Numbered from the stretch's first letter, positions 11,566 through 22,110 are shown. The stretch: 64,000 nt of DNA from an uncultured Acidimicrobiales bacterium (GCA_943788915.1 CALSSD010000010.1:620001-684000); one strand, 5' to 3'. The notes: generated by a model not told the origin, from the letters alone. Made by a program: numbers and translations.

Positions 11566-12516
11566 GTGTCTTCTTCGGCCATAGTGGCTTCGCCGACGTC
11601 GCCAGCCGATGTATTTGGCGCCCGATTCCCGTTTCAACTGGTTGCGCTTGGCATCGTCTTCTATGCAACTGGCCCGGTGCTCGCTCGGTCCTCCGACACC
11701 ACAGGGGTGCTGCTGTCGTTCTGGCGGCTGTGGTTCGGTGTCGGCGCCTTCTCCTTGGCACTGCTTGCACATCGGCTGTCTGGTCGTACGGTCGGCTCGG
11801 CCCGGGGCATCAAGCTGGCGATGCTTGCTGGAGCGGTCTTCTCGGTCAACCAGGTCGCCTTCTTCACTGCAGTGAAACGGACGAGCGTGGTCGATGTCTC
11901 GCTACTGGGCACCCTGGCTCCGATCATTGTCGCCTTCCTGGCGGTGCCATTGTTCGGCGAACGTCCGGGCGCCCGATTCAGGTGGTGGTCACTCGTGGGT
12001 ATCGCTGGAGCGGTGTACATCGTGCTCGGCTCGTCGTCGGGCCCCGACGGCGACCTGCTCGGTATGTTGTTGGGCCTGCTTGCGACGACGGCGTTTGCCT
12101 GTTTCTTTGTGATCTCGAAGCTGGCTCGCGAACAAGTGCCAGTCGTGTCGTTTCTGACGTTCGTGATGGGCACAGCAGCGTTATGTGTGAGTGGCTACGT
12201 GTTAGCTCTTGGCTTCGAACCCAGTTCCGTCGAGACGCCGGATCTATGGCGGGCTCTCGGTATGGCGCTGATTCCCGGAGCCCTTGGACACATCGCGATG
12301 ACCTGGCCGTTGCGGCATCTGCCAGCGAACGTGCCGCCGCTCTTCCGGCTTGCAACGCCTGCTGTCGCCGGCATGTTCGCGTGGATCTTCCTGGGCGAAG
12401 GATTCACTCTGGTGCACGTCATCGGGGGAGCGATCATCATTGCCGGGCTCTCCGGAGCGATTCTGTCCCAAGCCGGCCGCGACCTGGTTGCCGACGCTCG
12501 CAAAGCAGCTGCATGA
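11566..12516 (+). CDS. DMT/EamA-family transporter
   Basis: 316 aa, about 10 hydrophobic helices in two repeats; PLFGERP and IFLGEG motifs. Confidence 0.85.
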   Translation: MSSSAIVASPTSPADVFGARFPFQLVALGIVFYATGPVLARSSDTTGVLLSFWRLWFGVGAFSLALLAHRLSGRTVGSARGIKLAMLAGAVFSVNQVAFFTAVKRTSVVDVSLLGTLAPIIVAFLAVPLFGERPGARFRWWSLVGIAGAVYIVLGSSSGPDGDLLGMLLGLLATTAFACFFVISKLAREQVPVVSFLTFVMGTAALCVSGYVLALGFEPSSVETPDLWRALGMALIPGALGHIAMTWPLRHLPANVPPLFRLATPAVAGMFAWIFLGEGFTLVHVIGGAIIIAGLSGAILSQAGRDLVADARKAAA

Positions 12517-12719
12517 CAGGCCGGTGGCGCCTAGCTGGCTTCCGAGGTTGCGCTCGTGGTCATACCTTCGGCTGATCGCTACGTAACGACCCGAGGTGGT
12601 ACACGGACTCTTCTGAGATCGGCGTAGACAACTAGTGTCGGCTGCCGTAGCTGTCTGGCAGGGTTGTGCCGAACCTGGTGTCTCGAATTCACAGCTGCGG
12701 TTTACGAAGGAGTGTGGAT

Positions 12720-13502
12720 ATGACCGGTGTCGAGTTCATCTCTGAGAGCACGGTCAACAACGTGCGGTGGATCGAGTTCAACCGACCGCCGGTCAACGCA
12801 TTTATCCGGTCCATGGTCGAGGCCACACGCGACGGCATCGCCGTAGCCGCGGCCGACGACGAGATTCGGGTTGTGGTGTTGGCCAGCGCTGTCGACGGTT
12901 ACTTCAGCGCTGGAGCGGACCTCAACGAGTTCAAAGGCATGACGTCGGACGATATGCGTGACTGGGTTGGCCTCTGTCATGAGATAGCGACACTGCTCCG
13001 CTCGTCGCCGAAGCCACTGCTTGCCGCAATTCACGGCATCGCTGTTGGTGGCGGTCTTGAGATGACGCTGCACTGCGACATGCGGTTTGCGGCCGACAAT
13101 GCTCGCCTCGGTCAACCCGAGGTGTCGATCGCCTTCATTCCGCCGATTGCCACCACTCAAGCTCTCGTCCGGCTGATCGGACGGCCGCGCACGCTCAAAT
13201 ACCTCTATCAAGGTCAGCTGGTGAAGGCAGATGAAGCCCATGCATGGGGCCTTGTTGATGAGTTGTGCGAGCCAGACCAGCTTCGCTCCGATGTGCAGGA
13301 ATATGCCGAGGGCCTCACCAAACAATCAGCGACAGCGCTGGCCGCTATTCGGCGCACGGTCACCATCGGTGGCGGTATGACATTCGATGACGGCATGCAA
13401 CTCGAGCTGGAAACCGCATCAGCCCTTGCTGATACCGCCGACTTCGCCGAAGGAATCGATGCCTTCCTCACGAAACGGACCCCCCGGTGGGAGCGCCACT
13501 GA
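12720..13502 (+). CDS. Enoyl-CoA hydratase/isomerase family protein
   Basis: FNRPPVNA, FSAGADL, AVGGGLE, GQPEV; AAGGAG RBS before ATG 12720. Confidence 0.9.
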   Translation: MTGVEFISESTVNNVRWIEFNRPPVNAFIRSMVEATRDGIAVAAADDEIRVVVLASAVDGYFSAGADLNEFKGMTSDDMRDWVGLCHEIATLLRSSPKPLLAAIHGIAVGGGLEMTLHCDMRFAADNARLGQPEVSIAFIPPIATTQALVRLIGRPRTLKYLYQGQLVKADEAHAWGLVDELCEPDQLRSDVQEYAEGLTKQSATALAAIRRTVTIGGGMTFDDGMQLELETASALADTADFAEGIDAFLTKRTPRWERH

Positions 13503-13713
13503 AGCTATGGCCGTCGCAGCGCATGGGCATCGCTCCAGATCCAACCGCCAAAACGTTGTCTGTTACTGGTTATCTGTAACAAAAGGGCGTTTCCTGGCGT
13601 CGGAAGACGAGCTCATCGCAGCAAAGAGTGTGTAGCAAGGAAGGGTGTGTGGGGCCACGGCTCGCGAATGTGGAGATCAGACGGCCGGTAGATGGCCGAG
13701 CTACTGTTCGGCA

Positions 13714-14199
13714 ATGTTCGAACACGCGGATCTTGCCGCACAAGTTGGTCAGGCTCTCAGCGATCGCACTGAATCAGTGGCCGTTGGAGAGTCGTCAGCG
13801 GGAGGCCTGATTTCAGCCACGCTGCTGTCGGTCCCCGGAGCATCGGCCTTCTACAAGGGCGGAGCGGTGGTTTATACAGCCCACTCTCGTGGTCTTCTCT
13901 TCGATCGCGGCGAACTACCACCTGAATCCCGGGGCGCAACCGAAGACTTCGCTTGCGCTCTTGCTCGCAACGCTGCGACTCGTATGCGTGCTGATTGGGG
14001 TCTGGCTGAAACCGGTGCCACCGGCCCAAGCGGCAACCCTTATGGGGACCCTGCCGGTCATGCGTGGGTGGCGGTGCGTCGACCCGACGGCACCATCGTT
14101 GCTCGCAACGTGCTCACCGGCGACAGTGATCGCTCGGCCAACATGAGCGCGTTTACCGCAGCGGGATTGGAGCTTCTTCTCGCCGAACTCTCGGGCTGA
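13714..14199 (+). CDS. CinA C-terminal domain / PncC-like NMN deamidase family protein
   Basis: VAVGESSAGGLIS, VPGASAFYKGGAVVY, ETGATGP. Confidence 0.8.
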   Translation: MFEHADLAAQVGQALSDRTESVAVGESSAGGLISATLLSVPGASAFYKGGAVVYTAHSRGLLFDRGELPPESRGATEDFACALARNAATRMRADWGLAETGATGPSGNPYGDPAGHAWVAVRRPDGTIVARNVLTGDSDRSANMSAFTAAGLELLLAELSG

Positions 14200-14277
14200 C
14201 CGGTTGTGAGAGATCGCCCAGCGGCGTGATGGGTCACAGAGCTGGGCGATCAGTGTTGACTGTGCGATGCTCACTGC

Positions 14278-15151
14278 ATGCTTGTTGGTTCACTCGACAT
14301 CGATGCCCAGGCGTTCCACGCTGCGACCGGTTGGGAGATCAAACCCGAGGGCGCGTGTAAAGGGGGACTTGTGTGTTCCCCTGCCGCTACATGCTGAGCT
14401 TGCACCGCTGGGTGTCGAGATCGTGACCGTCTCCCTGTAACTGAGCGACGCCGAGGCATCTCGGCCATTCATCGAAGCTGGCGAGCCGACCCACTGGTCG
14501 CTGCTCGACCCAATGCATCAGATGGACGCTCTGTTCGGCGTCGTGAATATCCCCAACATCGTGGGGATCGATGAGGCAGGCACGATTGTTCGTCCGGCTG
14601 AGCCCTGCTGTTCACCAGGCGATACCTATCCCGACTGGTTGCGTGCATTTGTCGACGAACGCGCTGCTGCGACCGAAGCTAAGGCTGTCGAAGTCGAAGC
14701 GACCAACCCTGAACTCGCGGCCAAACTTCGTGGCGGCCAAGATCGCGACAATTACGCCGACGCCATCCGAGACTGGGCAGAACATGGAACGGAGAGCCGC
14801 TTCGCAATGACCCCGGACCAGGTTGTTGCTGGATCACAGGATCGCCCCAAGGACAAGTCGGCGGGTGCCGCCCACTTCGAGATCGCCAACCATCTGTGGT
14901 CTGCGGGCGAACGCGACCGGGCACTAGAACACTTTCGCGAAGCGCACCGGCTGCAACCCGAGAACTGGACCTATAAACGCCAGGCGTGGTCGCTCATCGG
15001 AAACGAAGCCGCTGGTGGTGGCGAGATGGGCCGCTTCAGCCAGGGCCCGCTTCCCGGCCAAGAAGCCGAATGGCCGTTCGAAGGCAACTTCACCACCGAA
15101 GCCGGTGCCACAACCCCAGCCGACTACTACCCGAAGACACTCAACGTGTGA
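14278..15151 (+). pseudogene. Disrupted TlpA/ResA-like thioredoxin-fold protein (family often Sec-containing)
   Basis: MLVGSLDIDAQAFHAATGWEIKPEGACKG, a +1 G in the G5 run at ~14362, then DLCVPLP joined directly to LHAELAPLGVEIVTVSL, TAA at 14438, then LSDAEASRPFIEA...MDALFGVVNIPNIVGIDE; no redox motif present. Confidence 0.65.
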
Positions 15152-15290
15152 AGCGTGCGACTCGCTGGGCAGCAGCGGGATGGGTGATGCATTACGAATC
15201 GGTGGCCGTCTGATCGACGACCGATGCCGAATCCATGCGCTCCGGCAGTGCAGAGCGGAGGTGAGATCAACTCGCTCGGCCGCATAGGAG

Positions 15291-15854
15291 GTGAAGTCGG
15301 CTGACCAGTTTGTGGCGTTGGTGTCCGGTTCAGCGATGGCGCTCAGCATTGGGCCAGAAGGGGCGGCACGGATCGCTGCAAGGTGGGCGGCTGATGCTCA
15401 GGTCTTGGGCCGCGACGCGAGCGAGCTACGACTTGGTTGGTACTTTCCCATGCGCTTCGGCGGCAACGCACCCGGTTGCAACGGCATTATTGTCAGCAAG
15501 GCTGACGGGTCGGTGTTCTCGCTGGGCTCAGCCTTTCCCGTAGAACGAGACCTGCGCTTCTATGACCGTGGCTTCCAGTCCGACAAGGTCGACCTGGTGG
15601 TTCTTGAGGTTGTTGACTGGCCGGGCACCGTCGAGGCACTGCTGGAAGTTGGTCCGCAGACAATTGAGCTCTCGTACGAATCAGGCACAGTCTGGCGATT
15701 GCCAAGACCTCTCACAGAGGATGAGATTCGTCAGAGGCTTGAAGACTTGCCGGCGATCTTCGGTGATTTGCACATTTATTTTAAGTTCGAAGTGCTGGCT
15801 CGTGCAGAAGATGACGGTCTCTGTCGCTTCACGATGTTGAAGCGCCCGGACTGA
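15291..15854 (+). CDS. Hypothetical protein (N-terminus reminiscent of YrhB/immunity-like domains)
   Basis: AGGAG immediately before GTG, so the true start is uncertain; GWYFP..GIIVSKADGSVFSLGSAFPVE. Confidence 0.55.
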   Translation: MKSADQFVALVSGSAMALSIGPEGAARIAARWAADAQVLGRDASELRLGWYFPMRFGGNAPGCNGIIVSKADGSVFSLGSAFPVERDLRFYDRGFQSDKVDLVVLEVVDWPGTVEALLEVGPQTIELSYESGTVWRLPRPLTEDEIRQRLEDLPAIFGDLHIYFKFEVLARAEDDGLCRFTMLKRPD

Positions 15855-16325
15855 GCGAGCATCCATCCACGAGCACGATCAGAGACGCGTAATCGCCGGA
15901 CGATCTCATCGAAACCATTGCAGCTATCTGCTGCCTCTGCAGGTATGGCTTGACAGGCGGTCAAGCTGGTGTGGTGGATGCGCCTAACGGGACACAACTC
16001 GTGAACCTCGATTCAATGTGTAGCCGCATCGTCGACTCGTGGTATGCGGCGGGTATACAAACGACATCACAGTCGACCTCGACTGAAACACGGAACCGCA
16101 TCTGGCACATAAGCCTGTGACGGACGAATCGCAGCAACCCGGTACTCAGAATAGGAGCGGCACAGCCGAGCACTAGCCGACGAGCATCGGCGGCAAGGCG
16201 ACATGAAGTTGGTTCGCCGCTGGTAGGCCGAGCATGCTGCGTCCGACGACTAAACCGAGACTCAGCCCTAATCTCAGCGGCCATCAACGAGCAGAGAAAA
16301 ATGACACGGCGTGACTTTGATGTTG

Positions 16326-16409
16326 TGCGCCGGGTGGGACTTGAACCCACACATCCTTACGGACACCAGGACCTAAACCTGGCGCGTCTGCCAATTCCGC
16401 CACCGGCGC
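16326..16409 (-). tRNA. tRNA-Leu (anticodon TAG)
   Basis: GCGCCGGTGGCGGAATTGGCAGACGCGCCAGGTTTAGGTCCTGGTGTCCGTAAGGATGTGTGGGTTCAAGTCCCACCCGGCGCA; cloverleaf with long variable arm; CCA not encoded. Confidence 0.96.
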
Positions 16410-16525
16410 AGCGAGTCGCTCAGAGTAGCCGCCCCAGCCGGGTTTCTGTGCTGCTTGTCGAGCAGAATCTGCTCGACATACAGCTGAGAAGGGGCAGGGC
16501 GGGCACATTGGCTTAGTGTGGGCGC

Positions 16526-17746
16526 ATGATCGTGACAGTCAGTGAAGGCACGGTGCTCGACACCGAAACGATGGAATTGGCCGAGAACCAGACCGTGGTG
16601 ATCGAAGCGGACCGCATCGTCGACGTGGTCGATGGCCGGTCGAGCGTCGAGGCAGATGTTGACATCGACGCCTCCGGACAGTTCATCATGCCGGGCTTTG
16701 TAGATGGGCACTTTCACCACTGGATCGTGACCATGGACTTCGCTCGGCTCTCGACCATGACCGCCGAAGAGCGCGGCATCATGAGTGCCAGCCTGGCCGA
16801 GGGCACGGTCCGGCGCGGCTTCACCACCATCCGAGATGCAGGTGGCGACAACCGCGGCCTCATGCGGGCTATTGCCAACGGAGCATGCACCGGCCCGCGG
16901 ATCGTGCAGGCAGGTCGCATTCTGTCTCAGACCGGCGGGCATGGCGACTTCCGCACCGGCGATATCCCGCCGGCCGAGTGCGGCTGCCAGATGTTCCATG
17001 ACCATGCCGGTTTCGTGGTGGATGGTGTCGACGCCTGTCGCAAGGCGGCTCGACATGCGCTCCGCGATGGATCGCAGTTCATAAAGATCATGACCTCGGG
17101 CGGCGTGTCGTCGCCGAGTGACCCGTTTGACTCGGTGCAGTTCACGGCTGAAGAGATCCGGGCTATCACTGTCGAGACGGACCATCGCCATACCTACACC
17201 ACGTCGCACGCGTACCTGCCTCCGTCGATCCAGTTGGCGATCGAGAACGGCGTGCAGTGCATCGAACACGGCAACGGACTCGATGCCCCCACTGCCAAGC
17301 GCATGGTTGAACTCGGCACGATCATGGTGCCAACGTTGATTGCCTACAAGGCCCTGAACGAGGTCGGTCCGAAGGTCGGTTTTCCCGCGTCGATGTTGGC
17401 GAAGAACGACGGCGTATTCGAGATGGGTCAGAATGCAGTCGAGGTAGCCCGTACCGCTGGTGTCGAACTTGGTTTCGGCACCGACCTGCTTGGCGAAGGC
17501 CACTATCTGCAGAACGAAGAGTTCGCCATCCGGGCCAATCTGGAACCAGCCGTGGGGGTGCTGCGTTCGATGTACCAGACGAACGTGAAGTTGTGCCAGA
17601 TGCAGGGCGAGATCGGTGTTGTGACACCAGGCGCCTATGCGGACCTGGTCGTATCACGAGTGAATCCACTCGAAGACCTCGCTGGGCTCGCAGAACCCGA
17701 TGCCAACCTGAGCTCGATCATCGTGGCAGGCGAACCACTCCGCTAG
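16526..17746 (+). CDS. Metal-dependent amidohydrolase (Xaa-Pro dipeptidase/prolidase-like subgroup)
   Basis: MPGFVDGHFH, GFTTIRDAGG, SQTGGHGD, IKIMTSGG, IEHG, FGTD. Confidence 0.88.
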   Translation: MIVTVSEGTVLDTETMELAENQTVVIEADRIVDVVDGRSSVEADVDIDASGQFIMPGFVDGHFHHWIVTMDFARLSTMTAEERGIMSASLAEGTVRRGFTTIRDAGGDNRGLMRAIANGACTGPRIVQAGRILSQTGGHGDFRTGDIPPAECGCQMFHDHAGFVVDGVDACRKAARHALRDGSQFIKIMTSGGVSSPSDPFDSVQFTAEEIRAITVETDHRHTYTTSHAYLPPSIQLAIENGVQCIEHGNGLDAPTAKRMVELGTIMVPTLIAYKALNEVGPKVGFPASMLAKNDGVFEMGQNAVEVARTAGVELGFGTDLLGEGHYLQNEEFAIRANLEPAVGVLRSMYQTNVKLCQMQGEIGVVTPGAYADLVVSRVNPLEDLAGLAEPDANLSSIIVAGEPLR

Positions 17747-17752
17747 TCGCAG

Positions 17753-17788
17753 CGAATTGTTACGTCCCCAGGGGAAGGTAACAATTCG
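17753..17788. repeat. Palindromic intergenic element, copy 1
   Basis: cgaattgttacgtccccaggggaaggtaacaattcg between convergent stop codons. Confidence 0.85.
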
Positions 17789-17801
17789 TGCAGGCAGCGG
17801 G

Positions 17802-18587
17802 TTAGGAAAACACCCATTGCGGAGCGGCATCGCCCACGGGAACCAGTCGAGCCGCCTGCATGCCGGCGAAGTGGCAGGGCAGCAGCGCAGTGTTGGGCTG
17901 CGATGCCTCTTCGACGAGAGCGGCTCGGGTCTTGCGGGCGAGGGCGGCGTCGACGTCGTAGAGAAATTCCCATTCGAGCTCGGTGAGTTGCGCGGGGCAA
18001 TGGAGCGCATCACCGAGCACGATGAGTCGTTCGTTGCCACTTGAAATGACGGTGCTCATGTGACCTGGTGTGTGGCCGGGCGTCATGCGGGTGGTCATAC
18101 CCGGTAGGAGGGCGACGCCATCATCGTGCACAAGTTCGACATGTTCTTCGACGCTGCGCAAGTTGGCAGCGATGCGACGGCCTCCGTTGCCTTCGTCGAC
18201 GAAATGCGCCCAGTCCGCGGCGCCGATGTGGACAGTCGCGTTGGTGAACGTAATGTCGCCATCGACGGCGAGCCATCCCATGTGGTCGGGATGTAGATGC
18301 GACACGATGATCGTGTCGATCTGGTCGGGCTCCACGCCCAGGCTGCGCAAACTGTCGAGCATTTTCCCGCCGTCGAACATGTCGTTGTGGACGTCGCCGA
18401 CGCCAGCATCGAGTAACGCGAGATGGTCACCGTTGCGGACCAGGAATGCTCCGACTGGGATTGTTAGAGCGCCCTGCGAATCGAGGAGATGTTGATGGTC
18501 GGTCCAGTCGCTGTTGACAAATAAGTCGGTCGCGAGGACTGCGGTGCCATCGTGGACAGGTTCGATCGAGATATCGCCAACAAGCAT
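17802..18587 (-). CDS. MBL-fold metallo-hydrolase
   Basis: LLDAG, SHLHPDHMG, TPGHTPGH, GDALH. Confidence 0.9.
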   Translation of the reverse strand: MLVGDISIEPVHDGTAVLATDLFVNSDWTDHQHLLDSQGALTIPVGAFLVRNGDHLALLDAGVGDVHNDMFDGGKMLDSLRSLGVEPDQIDTIIVSHLHPDHMGWLAVDGDITFTNATVHIGAADWAHFVDEGNGGRRIAANLRSVEEHVELVHDDGVALLPGMTTRMTPGHTPGHMSTVISSGNERLIVLGDALHCPAQLTELEWEFLYDVDAALARKTRAALVEEASQPNTALLPCHFAGMQAARLVPVGDAAPQWVFS

Positions 18588-18998
18588 CTGTGCACAATAC
18601 ATCGCCAGCCACCGCCGGCTCATTAGATTGAGGAACAAGCGCTCGTGCAGGCAGGCGAATATCACACACATATGGCTCACCTCGGTTGGTTAGTGGCTGC
18701 TGGACGAATTGGATTTCGTGGCCGTTGGAATGGCGTAGGTACCGAATGGGCGGCTGGGAACGTGAAAGGAATGTGCTTGATCCCGCTACGAACAGAGGCA
18801 TGGTCGGTTCGCGATCGCTCATCACCTGCACAGCAGTGGTTCGCTACGTTGTCCCCGACCCAGCGCAGACAAGGAGCACCCAGACAGGCTCGGCTAGGGA
18901 GAGTCGGAATTCAACCCACGGACAGTCATCGTATTCCGTGACTTTCGGACCCTCCGTTTGATCGGGGGAGAGGCGTCGACCTGCGGTAACCTCCGATC

Positions 18999-19610
18999 AT
19001 GACTTTTGGAGAGATCAATCCTTCTCTTGCCCCTATGGCCAATCTGGCCTCAATGGGTGACCCCTCGACCCAGATCTACCACGAGCTGCTTAAGCAGCGC
19101 ATCGTGGTGCTTGGCACCGACGTGAACGACAACGTTGCCAACTACATCTCGGCCCAGCTCCTCTATCTCGAGGGCCAGGACCGCGACAAAGACATTATGT
19201 TGTACATCAACTCGCCTGGCGGTTCGGTGACAGCGGGCATGGCAATCTACGACACCATGCAGTTCGTTAACCCCGACGTGGGCACCATCTGTATGGGCCT
19301 TGGTGCTTCGATGGGCCAGTTCCTGTTGTGCGCAGGCGCACCCGGCAAGCGATATGCGCTTCCGCACGCTCGCATCATGATGCACCAGCCATTGGCTGGT
19401 ATCCAGGGGCAGGCCAGCGACATCGCTATTCAGGCCGAACAGCTTGGTTACGTCAAGAAACTTCTCGCTGAGCGCATCGCCGGTCACACCGGCCAGACGG
19501 TCGAGCAGATCGAAGCTGACAGCGATCGTGACCGCTGGTTCACCGCAGAACAGGCCAAGGAATACGGTCTTATCGACTCGGTGATCGTGCGTCGCGGCGA
19601 AATGCTCTAA
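18999..19610 (+). CDS. clpP: ATP-dependent Clp protease proteolytic subunit
   Basis: [12 protein letters not shown], catalytic Ser in [30 protein letters not shown]. Confidence 0.96.
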   Translation: MTFGEINPSLAPMANLASMGDPSTQIYHELLKQRIVVLGTDVNDNVANYISAQLLYLEGQDRDKDIMLYINSPGGSVTAGMAIYDTMQFVNPDVGTICMGLGASMGQFLLCAGAPGKRYALPHARIMMHQPLAGIQGQASDIAIQAEQLGYVKKLLAERIAGHTGQTVEQIEADSDRDRWFTAEQAKEYGLIDSVIVRRGEML

Positions 19611-19769
19611 ATCTCGGGTACGAGATCGACCTACATGTGAAACGAATACACATGGTGCACTCACCGGTGCGCCATGTGTCGTTTTCGGCTTGAGCATGCA
19701 TACGAGTCCGTGGGTAACGGCGTTGTGGGTGGGCGGTGGTTGCCATGGGCGCTGTTCTAGTGTCTCCCC

Positions 19770-20492
19770 ATGACGTGGAACGGAAGGAATAAGGTCGGCG
19801 CAACGGTGCTCGAGCGAGGGTTCACGCTTGAAAGCGGTGGCCGGGCCGTGCCCGGGGTGTATTGGACACCCGTCGGCCTGGATGCCGATCGACTCGTCCT
19901 GCTCGGACATGGTGGCGGGGCCGATAAGAAGGCCGACTACATCGAACTCATTGCACACGGCCTGTGTTCGTTGGGTGTGGCCGCGGTGGCGATCGATGGC
20001 CCGGGTCATGGGGATCGGCCGGGAGCCGACCAGTTTGAGACCAGGCCGCAGGACTTCTCGGTTCGGTGGGAGAGTGACGGCGGCACATCTGCGATCGTGG
20101 CGGACTGGAAGAGCGCGCTGGATTTCATCGAACATCACGACGATGCTCGGGCAACGGGCTATCTCGGCCTGTCGATGGGCACGATGATGGGGCTGCCAGT
20201 TTGTGTGGCCGATGAACGAATCGCTGTAGCTGTCCTTGGGCTCATGGGCTTCTGGGGGCCGAACAAGAACGATCTTGTCCAACTCGCCCCCGAGTTGTCG
20301 ATTCCGATTCGATTTCTCGTGCAGTGGGACGATGAGGTGGTGCCCCGTGACCGGTGCCTGGAGTTGTTCGATGCGGTGGGCTCTGAACACAAGTCACTGC
20401 ACACAAATCCAGGCACCCACCGAAATGTGCCAGCATCTGAGGTCGAGGCCGCAGTGCATTATCTCGCAAGCCAGCTTGCAGAAATCGCGTAA
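19770..20492 (+). CDS. Alpha/beta-hydrolase esterase (resembles metagenomic esterase Est97 type)
   Basis: LVLLGHGG, IDGPGHG, nucleophile elbow GLSMG, QWDDE, HTNPGTH. Confidence 0.8.
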   Translation: MTWNGRNKVGATVLERGFTLESGGRAVPGVYWTPVGLDADRLVLLGHGGGADKKADYIELIAHGLCSLGVAAVAIDGPGHGDRPGADQFETRPQDFSVRWESDGGTSAIVADWKSALDFIEHHDDARATGYLGLSMGTMMGLPVCVADERIAVAVLGLMGFWGPNKNDLVQLAPELSIPIRFLVQWDDEVVPRDRCLELFDAVGSEHKSLHTNPGTHRNVPASEVEAAVHYLASQLAEIA

Positions 20493-20554
20493 TGGCAGCG
20501 ATTACGGCTCTGGTTCGTAGCGGGAACAGAGATTTCCAGATCAAATGCTTGCCA

Positions 20555-20603
20555 TCGAACGGTTGTTCGAATTACTCTCGTGCAATTGCGAACAGGCGTT
20601 CGT
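20555..20603. promoter_or_regulatory. Two LexA (SOS) boxes upstream of recA
   Basis: TCGAAC-GGTT-GTTCGA (20555-20570) and GCGAAC-AGGC-GTTCGT (20588-20603) match the actinobacterial CGAAC-N4-GTTCG consensus. Confidence 0.9.
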
Positions 20604-20647
20604 TAGAGGTTCTAGTGATGAGCCCCGGGGAAAGCCCGGAGTGAGAT

Positions 20648-20669
20648 TGTCACACCCCCTGCGTATTGT
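20648..20669 (+). promoter_or_regulatory. RecA-NDp/PafBC-like promoter motif
   Basis: TGTCAC-acccccTGCG-TATTGT, fitting TGTCnn-N10-TAnnnT. Confidence 0.65.
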
Positions 20670-20766
20670 CTCAATCACCTTCCCACCACAACCCGAGCAC
20701 TGGCCGAAGCACCCACACTGGGGCACTTCCACAAGGCGCCACTGCACCCGAACACAGGAGAATCCC

Positions 20767-21840
20767 GTGGACAAAGATAAAGCACTAGACATGGCACTGA
20801 AGTCGATTGAGAAGAGCCACGGCAACGGCGCCATCATGAAGCTCGGTGATCGCAGCGATAATGCGATCGAGTCGATTCCTACCGGCGCGCTTGCATTGGA
20901 TGTCGCTCTCGGCATTGGCGGTATCCCTAAGGGGCGCGTTGCCGAGATCTTCGGCCCAGAATCATCGGGTAAAACCACGCTGGCCTTGCACCTTGTTGCT
21001 GAAGCCCAGCGCAACGGTGGCATCTGTGCCTTCATCGATGCTGAACATGCGCTCGATCCTGAGTACGCCCGTGCCATTGGTGTCGATGTCGATGAATTGC
21101 TGATTTCTCAGCCTGATACCGGTGAACAGGCACTCGAGATTGTTGACACGCTGGTGCGTTCTGGTGCACTTGACGTCATCGTGGTCGACTCGGTTGCGGC
21201 ACTCACACCTCGGGCTGAAATCGAGGGCGATATGGGTCAGTCCCATGTCGGCCTCCAGGCTCGCCTTATGTCGCAGGCATTGCGCAAACTTGCTGGCAAT
21301 ATCCATAAGACTGGCACGATCTGTGTCTTCATCAACCAGCTGCGAGAGAAGATCGGCGTCATGTTCGGTTCGCCCGAGACCACCCCTGGTGGCCGTGCGC
21401 TCAAGTTCTACTCCTCGGTCCGGTTGGATATCCGACGCATTGAATCGATCAAGGATGGCGTCGAGATCGTGGGTAACCGCACTCGAGTCAAGGTCGTCAA
21501 GAACAAGGTCGCACCTCCGTTCCGTCAGGCCGAATTCGATATCATGTACGGCGAAGGCATCAGCCGAGAAGGTTCGGTGCTCGACCTGGCAGTCGAACAC
21601 GAGATCATTAAGAAGTCCGGAGCTTGGTATACCTACGACGGCGAGCAGATGGGCCAGGGCCGAGAGAACGCTAAGAAGTTCCTCAAGGACAACCCAGAGA
21701 TCATGGTCGAAGTCACCGACCGAGTCTGCACGTTGCTGCTGCCATCGGCCGAAGAGAAACAAGCTGCGATCGATGCTGCTGCAGCCGAAGAAGCCAAGGG
21801 GTTCAGCGAGGCCGACGAAGAGCCAATCTCGCTCGACTAA
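20767..21840 (+). CDS. recA: Recombinase A
   Basis: [45 protein letters not shown] before GTG 20767; no intein. Confidence 0.98.
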   Translation: MDKDKALDMALKSIEKSHGNGAIMKLGDRSDNAIESIPTGALALDVALGIGGIPKGRVAEIFGPESSGKTTLALHLVAEAQRNGGICAFIDAEHALDPEYARAIGVDVDELLISQPDTGEQALEIVDTLVRSGALDVIVVDSVAALTPRAEIEGDMGQSHVGLQARLMSQALRKLAGNIHKTGTICVFINQLREKIGVMFGSPETTPGGRALKFYSSVRLDIRRIESIKDGVEIVGNRTRVKVVKNKVAPPFRQAEFDIMYGEGISREGSVLDLAVEHEIIKKSGAWYTYDGEQMGQGRENAKKFLKDNPEIMVEVTDRVCTLLLPSAEEKQAAIDAAAAEEAKGFSEADEEPISLD

Positions 21841-21898
21841 GCCTGCCGTCCACAAGATCTGTGCACGTCGCGAAGTAGCGGCCTGCGCACAACCAAGC

Positions 21899-22110
21899 GG
21901 GTTCCATTAGGAGTAGGCGAGTCGTTTCTGCGGCTCGCGTAGGTCCGCTTAACAAGCGGATTTGCTGGCACCCTGCTGCGCCTGCGGGCGTAGCTCCCGG
22001 CACCGGTGCGGTGTAACCATCCATCCCACACTGCACGTAGTGCTTTAGTAGTCGTCGGCGAGTCCATTCCTCGCCGACGGCTACTTCCGTTTTCAACCCC
22101 GGTGGAATCC
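21899..22110 (+). ncRNA. Candidate structured RNA downstream of recA (includes a terminator-like hairpin at 22048-22084)
   Basis: Four local hairpins plus a 10-bp 5'/3' closing helix; non-Watson-Crick positions are all G-U on the + strand. Confidence 0.4.

Noticed and set aside
13561..13581. TGTTAC-N9-GTAACA inverted repeat
   Set aside because: It shares only 6-bp arms with the palindrome family, with a different core and spacing; it cannot be distinguished from chance or an unrelated operator
14395..14397. TGC-TGA as a selenocysteine codon
   Set aside because: It lies in the shifted frame after the G5 run; the homologous-looking sequence is in another frame, so this is an incidental stop
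16326..16409. Prophage or ICE integrated at tRNA-Leu
   Set aside because: No integrase, no phage genes and no duplicated tRNA 3' end seen by eye
19050..20390. 446-aa minus-strand ORF and similar long antisense ORFs
   Set aside because: These are shadows of clpP, the esterase and other clear genes, as expected in high-GC DNA
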